NCBI GenBank assembly: GCA_963827235.1 | Contig: CAWHAE010000007.1 | Span: 1-64,000, forward strand | Reading direction: 5' to 3' | Source: an uncultured bacterium | GTDB lineage: Bacteria; Chloroflexota; UBA5177; JANWHV01 | Length of the DNA stretch: 64,000 bases | Part shown: positions 50,368-60,693 of the stretch, piece after piece | Layout: each line of letters begins with the position of its first letter | Numbering within the stretch: position 1 is the first letter of the stretch | Position numbers and translations under genes: made by a program | Notes under the pieces: model-generated | What the model saw: the letters and a program-made list of their open reading frames with translations, nothing else | Told to the model about the DNA's origin: nothing | Database searches by the model: none

Positions 50368-53300
50368 ATGAACGTGAGTCGAGTACGTCGAATGGCGCTT
50401 TGCGCGCTAGCAATCTGCATGGCATTCCCGGCCTACAGGTCTCACGGTGCCTCGCGCGCCGTCGCCGCCGCCCCCACGCCGGTCGCCGCGCCGGCCGGCT
50501 GGCTCTCCGTCCTGGCGGTCGGGACCACTCCTCCTGACGTCCTGCCCCAAGCATATGTGGCGTCCGTCGCGGCATGGCGCACCCTTCCGCTGCAGATCGC
50601 CGAGCAAGCCGCCCCGGCCTTCCGGGACGCGGCGGGCGGCGGCGGCGCCGCAACTGCCCTGCTCGCGCAGACCCTGCTTGGACAGGCCACCGTCACGCCT
50701 GACCCGCGAGCGCTGGCGCAGAGTCGCCTCGGCGCCGTCCTGGGCCCGCTGGCGCAGACCCTGGGCGTGGTGTCCGCCACACAGGCTGCCCCCAGCGCGC
50801 AGGAGCTCGCCTCCAGCCTGGTCGATCCGGCTACCGGCGTCCTGCACGTCATCTACCAGGACCTCTCAGTTCCCGCGCGCGGCCAGCCGCTGGCGCTGCA
50901 GCGTACCTTCGTCTCCGGCAGCACTACCGCCAGTGCCATGGGCAACGGCTGGGCCTTCACGTACGGCACCCACCTGGCCTACGATGCCAGCGGCAATCCG
51001 CTCATCGAGGAAGCGACCGGAGCTGTCACGCACTTCGCCCTCTGGCAGACGCCCTCCCTCTATCTGGCGCTGGACGCTGCGGCATGGGAGATCCTCTCGC
51101 TCGACCGAAGGGGCGGCGCTACCCGCCTGCTGGCCGACGGCAGCAGCGAGCAGTTCGACGCACTTGGGAGGCTGGTGCGGCTCCAGGATCGCGACGGCAT
51201 TGGGCTGACCATCAACTACACGGGCGCCAATCTGGCGTCCGTCGTCGATGCGGCAGGCCGCGGCCTCCGCTTCACCGAAAGCAAGGCGGGCCTGATCAGC
51301 ACGGTCACCGATCCCGCTGGAGCGGTTATTCACTACGGGCACGACGGCGCCGGCAATCTGACCAGCGTGACCACTACTGCCGGAGCCACCACCAGGTTCA
51401 CGTACAGTACGCCGGCGATAGACTCCTACGACACCACGCGCCTCACCGGCATCACCCTCCCTCGCGGCAGCACAATCCGCTTCAGCTACGACGCCGGGGC
51501 GCGCGTATCGCATGTCTCAGGGCCGGGTGCCATGAGCACCAGCATCACCTACACGGGCGGCGCCGAGCCCGGAGCTGTGCGTACCGACCTCGTCGACGCG
51601 ACCGGCGCGCACACCGAGATCGACTCGTTCACCACCGTGCCCCTGGCCGGCAGTGCGCAGCTGCCGATGGTCACACGCACTGTAGACGCCAGCGGCAAGA
51701 CCATGACCGTCACCAGTGGACCGTCAGGCACGGCTGTCGAAGACGGCGACGGCAGGCTGACGCGGATCACCGGCAACGCGGCAGGTCCGGCCAGTGCTGT
51801 CCAGCCGCCAGAAACCGGCGCCGCCCGCCTGGGCTACGATGATGCCACTTCCACGCTCTCCATGCTGACCGGCGTGTCCGGAAACGCTACCACGCTGGTG
51901 TACGATGCGGCAGGCCATCTGGCCGGCATCCGTGACGGTACCGGCGCGCTGACCAGGATCGAGCCGATCGCCCCGAACACGTTCCGCGAGGTTGGCCCCG
52001 ATGGTGGTGCCGCCGTCGTGCAGTTCGACGCGGCAGGAAACGTCATCGCGCTGACCGACGCCATGGGTCGCAAGACCACGTTCAACTGGGATGCTGACGG
52101 CCGGCTCACCCGTATCTCGGATCCAGCCCACGGCAGCTTGACGTATCGGTACGGGCCGGGCGGCGCTCTGCTGGCCCGCACGGACGCGCTCGGAGCGGTG
52201 ACCAGTTACGGCTACGACGCCGATGGTAATCTCACCTCGATGCGGGATGCACTGGGTAACACCTGGCGCTTCGCCTATGACGCCTGCGACCTGCCGGTGA
52301 GTGTAATCGATCCGCTTGGCGACACGGCTCGCCTCAGTTACGACGACGCCGGCCGGTTGACGATGGTCACCGACCCGCTTGGGCACGTCACGCGGGCGAC
52401 CTATGACGGCGCCGGCCGCGTGGTGTCCGTCACCGATCCGCTCGGCCATGCCACGCGCTATCGCTATGGACCGGCCGGTGAGCTCATCGCCGCGACCAGT
52501 CCTGCCGGGCGTACCACCCGGTATAGCTACGATGCCGCCGGCCAGCCGGTCGCCGTGACGCGCGCGGATGGCAGCAGCACGACGCTCGTGTACGACGCTT
52601 CTGGACGGCTGACCGGCAATCGTGCGGGCGCCGGTCCCACAACCGAGTACCGGTACGACGGAGCGGGACGGCTGACCCAGCGCACCGTGCCCGATGAGTC
52701 GGGCTCCTCGTACACCTACGACGCCGCGGGCCACCTGGTGAGCGCCGGCAACGGGAGCGGCACGATCCGCGACGCGTACGACGCGGCCGGCGATCTCACC
52801 GCGACGGTGGACACGAGCGGCCACACGGTCCGCTACACCTACGATGCGGCAGGCCGGCGAGCGTCTATGACCTCTGCCACGGGTGCGGTTACTCGCTACG
52901 CGTACGACGCGGCAGGCCACGTCACCGCGATAGACGATCCCCTGGGCAATTCGACCTTCCGCTACGACGCGCTGGGCGAGCGCATTGGCGCGACGCTGCC
53001 GGGCGGCATCGCCGTCGCCTATGGCTACGACAAGGTGGGCCGGCTCACCGATCTCACCTATACTCGGGGAACGGCCGTCATCGCCCGTTTCGTCTACGGC
53101 TACGACCGCGACGGCAATGTGGTGCTGGAGCAGTCGCTGGGCGACACTCTGCACTACCGGTACGATGCGGCAAGCCGGCTCACCGCCGTACAGGGCAGCG
53201 CTCGGGGTGACGACGCCAGCTACGCCTTTGACGCCGATGGCAATCTCCTCTCCTCGCCCACGGGGGGCGCCCTGCGCTACGACGCGGCCGGACGGCTGCT

Positions 53301-56300
53301 CACGGCCGGGAGCGCGAGCATGGCCTACGACGCGGCCGGCAGGGCGATGACCGGCCTGTCAGGTGCCGTCTATGGCTATGACCAGAGCGGCAATCTGCTG
53401 GCTGCCCACACCGGTGGTGCCGACGTCATGTACAGCGAGGATGCGCTGGGCAGGACCGTCACGCGCTTGGAGGCCGGCAACATCACTGCGACGGTCTTTG
53501 ACGGCAGTGACCCGGTCGCCGAATTCGGCCCGGTCCCGTCGGCGGTCGCCCGCACCGTCTATGGCTCCTGGATCGACGAGCCGCTCGCCTTTTCGGCGAA
53601 CGGAGAGACGTACACCTACGTCGTGGATCGGCTTGGCTCCGTGCGCATGGTGCTGGACGGCGCGGGCAAGCTGGTCGCCACGCTAAGCTACGACGCATAC
53701 GGCAGGCTGACCGGTAAGACGGGGTCCGCGCCGACGACGCTCGGCTTTGCCGGCCGCCCCTACGACCCGGCTACGGGCCTAATCGATCTGCGCAACCGCC
53801 TCTACGATCCGGCGCTTGCCCGCTTCCTCTCCCCCGACCCGCTGGCCCAGCCTGGGGCGGCGACGTACCCCTACGCCGGAGACAATCCCGCGACGCAGAG
53901 CGATCCGCTTGGCCTGTGCGCGGAGCCACCGAACGGGCCCGAGACCGCTTGGGCGGCCGCGTCGCATGGACTCCCTCCCCTGATGGAGGAGGTTTTCGGG
54001 AAGGCGGGCGGTACCTTCTTCGAGGGCTTCGAGCTTTGGGAGGCTTCCAAGCAATTTAACGCGGCGAGCGAGGCATTTGGTGGCGGGGAGGGTGAAGGAG
54101 GCAACGGCTGCGGCGTGAACAACGCGGATCCCACCTTCATCAATGGCGCCGGCGTTGCCGCCACAGGCCCCGGCAGCGCAGCGGGCCACTCGACGCTGAC
54201 GCTCACCAGGGACGCGTCGGGCGGATCCGTCGAAGCGCTGTTCCCCGTTGCAGCAGCCGGCACCGTGACCGTCGACGTGTACGACCTGCACGGCCGCCTC
54301 ACGCGTGCGCTGGCGGCGCGGCCGGCCTCAGCGCCTGTCCTGGATATCACCTGGGACGGACGCGACGTTGCCGGGCGCGAGGTTGCCGACGGCACCTACT
54401 ATATGCTCGAGACTGAACAACCCGCTGCCGTGGGCGCGCAGGCGACGCATGCACTGCGCACCATCGCGGTGACGACGGGCGCTTCCTGGTCCGTCGCCAT
54501 GCCCGCGCCGCCAAGCCCGCCCGCTGCCGCAGGCGTCGCGGCGCAGATTGTCACGCCTTCCAGCGGCAGCCTGCTGCGCGGCGTAGTGCCGATCGACGGC
54601 GTGGCCTCAGGGCCAGACTTCGACCACTATCAGCTCGACTACGGCCCGGGCACCAGTCCCACGCACTGGACCGGCATCCTGGACACAAGCTCGGGCACGC
54701 CTGCCGTGCCCGACCAGGGCCCGGTGACGCTCGCCCGCCTGCACACCCTCTCGGGCAACCTGGGCACACTGGATACCGGGCTCTCAGACTACTTCTACTA
54801 TCGTTCGAGCGGCGCCCAGGGCCTCAGCGGACTCTACACCATTCGCCTGCGTGTCTACGGCCGGCACGGCGAGGAGGCCCAGGCCTTCACCTGGATCGTG
54901 GTAGGGCGGGTCGCCACCTACGTGCAGGACGCGACCATCGCCAGCCCGGATGGGCAGGCGAACCTTGCCGTACCCAGCCTTGCCCTCCACGACATCGCCC
55001 AGGTATTTGCCGTCGAGCCCACCACCTCGACAGTGCCGGTTCCCACGTACCTGCGGAAACTTTCGTCGGTCTACGCGCTCTATCCCTCCGGCTACGTCTT
55101 CGGCAGTCCGGCGACGTTGCGCATGCACGTCGCCGCGGTCGCGCCCGGCGTGCAGATCTATGCGTGGGACGCCGGCTCCGCCACCTGGCAGCCGCTGCCG
55201 AGCACGGTAGCACGCGAGCGGCACGGAGCCACGCTCACTACGCCGGTCGCGCGCCTCGGCCCGGCGCCGGCCCTCTACGCCGTGCTGGCACCTGCTGCCA
55301 CTCCTGCTGCGCCCGTGATCTTTCCACCCGCTGCCACGACGACGAGTGCTGGCACCCTGACGCTCGCCGTCGCGACCCGGCCGGGCCTGGCGGTGCAGAT
55401 TCTGGCCGGCGCGCGACCGAGCGGGCTGCGTGCCGTCGCCGGTGCCGATGGCCTGGCCGTAATTGCGGGTATCGAGCTCCGTCCGGGACAGAACCGCTTC
55501 ACGGCTGTAGCTCAGGATAGCGCCGGCCATACCAGCGCTCCCTCACAAGTGGTCACCACTACATATGCGCCAACGGCTCGGAAGCTCCCGGGTTCCGCTG
55601 CACTACTGCCGGATGTTGCCGGAAGCAGCGCCGCAAGCTCGGGTGCCGGTTCGGCCGGCCCGCCTCCGCCGGTCGTGGACTCTCCCACCTTGCACGCCGT
55701 GCTGGCTTCCGACTTCCAGCGGCCGCAAGACCTCTGGCCGGGCAGAATAGCGCCGCTCGGCGCCACCACCAGCGTGGTGACCGACGGCGGCTACACCCCG
55801 CTCAAGGTCACAGCGGGCCGCACGGGCGATCTCACCACGTTCCTGCCCGTCTCTTCCTTCAATCTCGCCACCCACCCGCTGATCACCTTCTCCTACAAGG
55901 TGCCTGCCGGCGTGTACGTCGATCTCGCGGTACACGCCAACGGTACCTGGTGGGTCGTGCCGTTGAGCGACAACCCGCCCAGTGCCAACGACCATGAGCG
56001 CACCTACTTCGCGCCGCTCGAAGGCGGCCCGGGGCTGCACTTCCAGCGCGACAACCACTGGCACCAGCTCACCATCAATCTCTACCAGCTGATCCGCAAC
56101 GAGCTGCCCACCGGGTCAATCGAGGTGGACCGCATGGCGTTTGGCGACTGGGAGCCGAGCGGGTGGATGGGCGTACGGCCCGCCGAGATGAACGTGCCCG
56201 GCTCCAGCTTCCTGCTCGCCGGCATGGCAATGCCGGCCGTCAGCAGGCGGAACGCCGCCTCCTTCTCGTGGTCCGAGCCCGGTACCGCGGGCATCACGGC

Positions 56301-59040
56301 CTACAGCTACGTGCTCGACCAGCAGCCTGCAACGCTACCACCCGCGCGGGCGTCCGGCACGACTACCGCGACGACGGTTGGGCCGTTGGCCAGCGGCAGT
56401 TACTGGCTGCACGTGCGGGCTCGTGGCCGTGCAGGCACGTGGGGTCCTGCCGCCAACTATCCCTTCATGATCGACACCCTGCCGCTGCGGGTCGGTGCGC
56501 CGGATCCTGGTCCGGGCGCCACGGGCGAGGCCTATGTGACCATTCCCATTGAAGACCCCGGCGCGAGCGGCGTCGATGTCTCCACCATCCGTTTCCAGGT
56601 GTTCGGCAAGACATATGGGGCCGGCAGCAACGTCGTTTCCTATGATCTGACCCACGGCGTGGCCGCGCTCAATGTCGGCTGGATAGACCCGGCGCCGCCC
56701 CAATTGTTCCCCGGCGGGAAGGTGCCTGTGACCTTGCTGGCCGCTGCCGACGCGGCGGGGAACCAGCTGGTCGAGCCCCTGTCCTGGACGTACACCCTGG
56801 ATATTCCCAACGGGTTGCCCGGTGGAGCACAACTCTTGACTACCAGGGGCGGCGATGCACCGACCTTCTCACCCGACGGCACGAGGGTCGCTTTCATCTC
56901 GAGCCGGTCAGGTGCGGCGCACCTGTGGACCATCGACGCTGGAGATCTGGCCGAACGGCAGCACACCGCGCGCCAGATCGTGGCCGGGCCGGGTGCCGAC
57001 GCCGACCCGGCGTGGTCGCCGACCGGAGACCTCATCGCCTTCGACTCCACCCGCGACGGCAGCCGCCATCTCTACCTTGTCCATCCAGACGGCAGCGGCC
57101 TGCAGCGCATCACCAGCGGAGCGTCGGGCGACATGCAGCCCACCTGGTCTCCGGACGGCAAGCAGATCGCCTTCGTGAACGACGGGAACCTGCTGGTGGT
57201 GAACCGCGACGGCACCGACCTGCACACCGTCATCGCCGACGGCGAGCACGCGGTCCACGATCCCACCTGGTCGCCGGATGGCAGGACCATTGCCTACCGT
57301 CACAGCCTCTACGTCGACCAGATCTGGACCGTGCGACTCGACGGCACGCATGACGGCATCTTGACGACGCTGGCGAGCGGCGAGGCACAATCCTCGCCGG
57401 CCTGGCTGGCCGACGGCCGCGTGGCCTACGTCTCGCTGCGTGACAAGGTGTCCGCTCTGTACGCCGTCGAGCCCGACGGTACCGAGCAGAGTGCCCTGGT
57501 CGGACAGCCGCCAGCTCTGCTGTTCACGCCGGCAGCCTCGCGCGATGGCTCGACCATCGCCTTCGTCTCGACCCGGGCCGGCGGGCACAATATCTACGTC
57601 AGCCGCCAGTTCCGCATCGACCCACTGGACGTGAGCGCTGCGAGCTTCGACGCGTCTGCCGGCCACACGGTGTCCATCCGCTACGGCCTCACCTCCTCGG
57701 CCACTGTCTCCATCGGCATCAGCGACAGCGGCGGGCGCGCCGTGCGCACGCTCATCGTGCACAAGATGCTTCCCGCCGGCGTGCGGCAACTGACCTGGGA
57801 CGGCAGGGACGATCACGGCCGTCTGCTGGGCGAGGATGTCTACTCCATCCAGGTGACGGCGCAGGCACCGGGCCTGCCTGTACTCAGGCGCGGGTTGGGC
57901 GTGAGCATCGACGACGTGAGCCGTCATGGCAGCCTGCGCATACACGTACTGCACGCCGGCCAACTAGTGGCGGGCGCTAACCTGACCGTGTCGCGAGCCA
58001 CTTCGCAGGCGTATGTGCTCGATACCACGACGGACAAGACCGGCGCGAGCACAATCAGCCTGAGCCCGGGCACGTACGACGTATTGGCACAGGCCGGCGA
58101 CGGCCTGCAAGGCAGCGCGCAGGGTCTGCTCGTGCGCGCGCACACGACGCTGGATCGGACGATCGCGCTGGCTGTGCCGGCGGTTCGGCAGCCGGGCGCA
58201 CCAGGCGTGGCGACCACGCCGAGCCCCGTAGCAGCCGCCTCGGCAACTGCGCCGGCGACGCCGGTCGCTGCGGTCACGGTCACTGCGACGCCGTCGACCG
58301 GCGGCGCGACGAAGGGAACGCTGGTGGTGACCGTGCTGACGTCGTCCGGCCAGCCGGCAAGCGGCGCAGGAGTTGACATCTACCAGGGGAACAAGCTGGT
58401 CGCTTACTCCGGCACGGACAGCAGCGGTTCGGCCAGCTTCAGCCTCGCCGCTGGCACCTACAGCGTGCAGGTCGGCCTGGGTAGTGCGAAGGCCACGTTC
58501 AGCGGCGTGAAGGTCTCCGCTTGCACTACGACCAGGCAGACGGTGCGCCTCGGGGCTGGCACGCTGGTAGTGCATGTGGACCTGGTGCCGGGCCAACCGG
58601 CCGCCGGCGCCGAGGTGGACATCTACCAGGGGAACAACCTTGTCAGCTACTCTGAGACCGACAGCAGCGGTGCGGTCACCTTCACCCTCAACGCGGGTAC
58701 ATACACGCTGTCTACCAAGTATCGTCTTGCGACCGGGCCAATGATCTCCGCGACAGTCACGGGTGGTGCATCGACCTCGAGCACGATCGTGCTGAACGCT
58801 GGTCAACTGGTGGTGAGCGTGCGCACGAAGTCGGGAGCGCCGGCGGTCGGCGCCGAAGTGGACCTCTCTCTGAAGGGCGCCTTGCTCGCATACCCCAGCA
58901 CCGACAGCACTGGGTCGGTGACGTTCACCGTGAGCGCGGGGACCTACGCCGTGCAGGCCAGTCAGGGTGGCGTCACGTCGCCCATGGTCTCTGTCACAGC
59001 GGTGGCCGGTGCCGTGGTCAGGAGCACGATCGTGCTGTGA
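50368..59040 (+). CDS. Giant secreted RHS/YD-repeat protein with multi-domain C-terminal extension
   Basis: Signal peptide; DUF6531-like VDPATG..DLSVP..LQRT..MGNGW; many YD repeats; core RLYDP..RFLSPDP..PATQSDPLGL; FlgD-like WDGRD..G x2; PD40 P.WSPDG repeats; terminal TDSSG..F.L.AGTY repeats. Confidence 0.92.
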   Translation: MNVSRVRRMALCALAICMAFPAYRSHGASRAVAAAPTPVAAPAGWLSVLAVGTTPPDVLPQAYVASVAAWRTLPLQIAEQAAPAFRDAAGGGGAATALLAQTLLGQATVTPDPRALAQSRLGAVLGPLAQTLGVVSATQAAPSAQELASSLVDPATGVLHVIYQDLSVPARGQPLALQRTFVSGSTTASAMGNGWAFTYGTHLAYDASGNPLIEEATGAVTHFALWQTPSLYLALDAAAWEILSLDRRGGATRLLADGSSEQFDALGRLVRLQDRDGIGLTINYTGANLASVVDAAGRGLRFTESKAGLISTVTDPAGAVIHYGHDGAGNLTSVTTTAGATTRFTYSTPAIDSYDTTRLTGITLPRGSTIRFSYDAGARVSHVSGPGAMSTSITYTGGAEPGAVRTDLVDATGAHTEIDSFTTVPLAGSAQLPMVTRTVDASGKTMTVTSGPSGTAVEDGDGRLTRITGNAAGPASAVQPPETGAARLGYDDATSTLSMLTGVSGNATTLVYDAAGHLAGIRDGTGALTRIEPIAPNTFREVGPDGGAAVVQFDAAGNVIALTDAMGRKTTFNWDADGRLTRISDPAHGSLTYRYGPGGALLARTDALGAVTSYGYDADGNLTSMRDALGNTWRFAYDACDLPVSVIDPLGDTARLSYDDAGRLTMVTDPLGHVTRATYDGAGRVVSVTDPLGHATRYRYGPAGELIAATSPAGRTTRYSYDAAGQPVAVTRADGSSTTLVYDASGRLTGNRAGAGPTTEYRYDGAGRLTQRTVPDESGSSYTYDAAGHLVSAGNGSGTIRDAYDAAGDLTATVDTSGHTVRYTYDAAGRRASMTSATGAVTRYAYDAAGHVTAIDDPLGNSTFRYDALGERIGATLPGGIAVAYGYDKVGRLTDLTYTRGTAVIARFVYGYDRDGNVVLEQSLGDTLHYRYDAASRLTAVQGSARGDDASYAFDADGNLLSSPTGGALRYDAAGRLLTAGSASMAYDAAGRAMTGLSGAVYGYDQSGNLLAAHTGGADVMYSEDALGRTVTRLEAGNITATVFDGSDPVAEFGPVPSAVARTVYGSWIDEPLAFSANGETYTYVVDRLGSVRMVLDGAGKLVATLSYDAYGRLTGKTGSAPTTLGFAGRPYDPATGLIDLRNRLYDPALARFLSPDPLAQPGAATYPYAGDNPATQSDPLGLCAEPPNGPETAWAAASHGLPPLMEEVFGKAGGTFFEGFELWEASKQFNAASEAFGGGEGEGGNGCGVNNADPTFINGAGVAATGPGSAAGHSTLTLTRDASGGSVEALFPVAAAGTVTVDVYDLHGRLTRALAARPASAPVLDITWDGRDVAGREVADGTYYMLETEQPAAVGAQATHALRTIAVTTGASWSVAMPAPPSPPAAAGVAAQIVTPSSGSLLRGVVPIDGVASGPDFDHYQLDYGPGTSPTHWTGILDTSSGTPAVPDQGPVTLARLHTLSGNLGTLDTGLSDYFYYRSSGAQGLSGLYTIRLRVYGRHGEEAQAFTWIVVGRVATYVQDATIASPDGQANLAVPSLALHDIAQVFAVEPTTSTVPVPTYLRKLSSVYALYPSGYVFGSPATLRMHVAAVAPGVQIYAWDAGSATWQPLPSTVARERHGATLTTPVARLGPAPALYAVLAPAATPAAPVIFPPAATTTSAGTLTLAVATRPGLAVQILAGARPSGLRAVAGADGLAVIAGIELRPGQNRFTAVAQDSAGHTSAPSQVVTTTYAPTARKLPGSAALLPDVAGSSAASSGAGSAGPPPPVVDSPTLHAVLASDFQRPQDLWPGRIAPLGATTSVVTDGGYTPLKVTAGRTGDLTTFLPVSSFNLATHPLITFSYKVPAGVYVDLAVHANGTWWVVPLSDNPPSANDHERTYFAPLEGGPGLHFQRDNHWHQLTINLYQLIRNELPTGSIEVDRMAFGDWEPSGWMGVRPAEMNVPGSSFLLAGMAMPAVSRRNAASFSWSEPGTAGITAYSYVLDQQPATLPPARASGTTTATTVGPLASGSYWLHVRARGRAGTWGPAANYPFMIDTLPLRVGAPDPGPGATGEAYVTIPIEDPGASGVDVSTIRFQVFGKTYGAGSNVVSYDLTHGVAALNVGWIDPAPPQLFPGGKVPVTLLAAADAAGNQLVEPLSWTYTLDIPNGLPGGAQLLTTRGGDAPTFSPDGTRVAFISSRSGAAHLWTIDAGDLAERQHTARQIVAGPGADADPAWSPTGDLIAFDSTRDGSRHLYLVHPDGSGLQRITSGASGDMQPTWSPDGKQIAFVNDGNLLVVNRDGTDLHTVIADGEHAVHDPTWSPDGRTIAYRHSLYVDQIWTVRLDGTHDGILTTLASGEAQSSPAWLADGRVAYVSLRDKVSALYAVEPDGTEQSALVGQPPALLFTPAASRDGSTIAFVSTRAGGHNIYVSRQFRIDPLDVSAASFDASAGHTVSIRYGLTSSATVSIGISDSGGRAVRTLIVHKMLPAGVRQLTWDGRDDHGRLLGEDVYSIQVTAQAPGLPVLRRGLGVSIDDVSRHGSLRIHVLHAGQLVAGANLTVSRATSQAYVLDTTTDKTGASTISLSPGTYDVLAQAGDGLQGSAQGLLVRAHTTLDRTIALAVPAVRQPGAPGVATTPSPVAAASATAPATPVAAVTVTATPSTGGATKGTLVVTVLTSSGQPASGAGVDIYQGNKLVAYSGTDSSGSASFSLAAGTYSVQVGLGSAKATFSGVKVSACTTTRQTVRLGAGTLVVHVDLVPGQPAAGAEVDIYQGNNLVSYSETDSSGAVTFTLNAGTYTLSTKYRLATGPMISATVTGGASTSSTIVLNAGQLVVSVRTKSGAPAVGAEVDLSLKGALLAYPSTDSTGSVTFTVSAGTYAVQASQGGVTSPMVSVTAVAGAVVRSTIVL

Positions 59041-59220
59041 GCTGCGGCCGGGCCCGCGGCGGAGAGATGATTTGAGCCAGAAGGAGACAAGGAGGCGCAA
59101 GATGACTTGAGCCAGGAGCAGGCGCCCGACCACAATCCTTGTACTGAGGATCCCCGGTGAACACCAGTCCCATCTGATCACACTGCATGTAATAGCCGCC
59201 GACTGGAAAGGAAGACGTCC

Positions 59221-59526
59221 ATGAACGGCCTGAAGGGCACCATGAAGACGCTCATCGGCGGGGCTTCCGTGGTGTCGTACCGCGGCGCCGTCACCTGTTG
59301 TGTGATCGGCGCCGCCTGCCCGTGCCCACATGGCATCTGCCCGGCCGGGAGCTTCGTCGTGAAGAGGATCACCCAGAAGCAGGACCCATGCGTCGTGGGC
59401 GGCTTTAGGCAACTCGAAGTAGAAGCATTGGCGGCGACGAACACCTTCACCCCGCTGCTCAAGATTCTCGCCACGGACCGGGCGACGGTGCGGTGCGTGA
59501 CGCTGCTCCCCGTCGTCATGAACTGA
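59221..59526 (+). CDS. Small Cys-rich hypothetical protein
   Basis: GAAAGGAAG RBS, high GC3 codons, 7 Cys including TCC..CPCPHGIC. Confidence 0.5.
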   Translation: MNGLKGTMKTLIGGASVVSYRGAVTCCVIGAACPCPHGICPAGSFVVKRITQKQDPCVVGGFRQLEVEALAATNTFTPLLKILATDRATVRCVTLLPVVMN

Positions 59527-59974
59527 CCTGATCGATCTTCTCAATCCGTGCAACTCTTCGTGCAGACGGCCGACTTCGCGCACTCGCCCTGGAATGACGC
59601 CAGATTGGAAGGAGTGGTGCCCTTTGCCGCCTGAAATGCGCAGCATACCTCGTGGGGCCCTGCTGCCCGGCGGTACAACGCTCCGACCAATCTGGCGGCC
59701 TGAGACTGGCCCGGCGGCAGCAGCGATTGGTGGCGGCAGCGGCGCGCCCGCCGCTATGCCTACCAGCACCATCATATTCCCGGTTAGGACCCGCCGGCAG
59801 GCTGGCCCCGGCAGCCCGTCTCTCTTGACCACGATGGTCCAGGCCTGGACTTGCCGGTGACCACCAGGCGGCGGCGTACTCCACCTGCATAATGCTCCAG
59901 TGGTAGTCGCTGCCAAACTGCGCCGCCACTGTGTCCAGCAGAATGTGACCTCACCCTTCAGCCAGCTGCGGCAT

Positions 59975-60342
59975 GGCAAGTGCGTCATGCCCACGCGACC
60001 GCGCTTGCAGCCAGACAGCCCGCGCGCGGTGGTCGTGGAGACGCTGGCCACGCAGGTCCCAGCCGGGGCCCGGCAGCGCTACCGTATCTTGGAGGGCGCC
60101 AAGGGACCCTTGCTGGCCGACTTTGCCGACCTGCGCGTGGTCGCCGTGCGCGACCGGCTGCCTGGACCCACGGTCTGGCTGCTCATCCGGCGCAGCGTGC
60201 CCCAGCCAGGGGACGAGCCTGTCACCAAGTTCTATCTCTCCAACGCTGGACCGACCTGCCGCTCCTGGCCCTCGTCTGGGCCAGCGGCATGCGCTGGCCG
60301 ATCGGGCGCTGCTTCACCGAGGGCAGAGACGAGTTGGGTTTG
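59975..60342 (+). mobile_element. IS701-family transposase remnant
   Basis: EGAKGPLLADFA.LRV, WLLIRRS..KFYLSNA, then in another frame GMRWPIGRCFTEGRDELGL. Confidence 0.75.
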
Positions 60343-60693
60343 CAATACTCACGCATTCGCGCGAGCGGCCCAACGGCCTGCGGCCCGAAATCGCAGTCAG
60401 AATGGATCGTCTGCCACGCCGTGGACGTCGGGCCACGATACGTGGAGCACGGTGCTCGGGAGCGCGACATGCTGGCTGGCGCCATGGCACGACTGGATGG
60501 CGTGATCGCGCACGCCCTGGCGTGGGCACAGCCAACAGTCGACTAAAGCGTGTGACAGCATCGCCTGAAGGCGCTCGACCCAGCCGCACAACCCCTGACC
60601 ATGGCACTCCGGACTGGCGCATGCTATTCCCTCGCCAGGCTGCGCGTCCATGCTCCCGAGGATCTGGCCGGCCTGGGCGACCGCTACAACGGC

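Noticed and set aside
51800-53450. Recurring TACGACGC motifs as a CRISPR or DNA repeat array
   Set aside because: They are YD-repeat codons inside the RHS ORF; no constant repeat-spacer structure or cas genes
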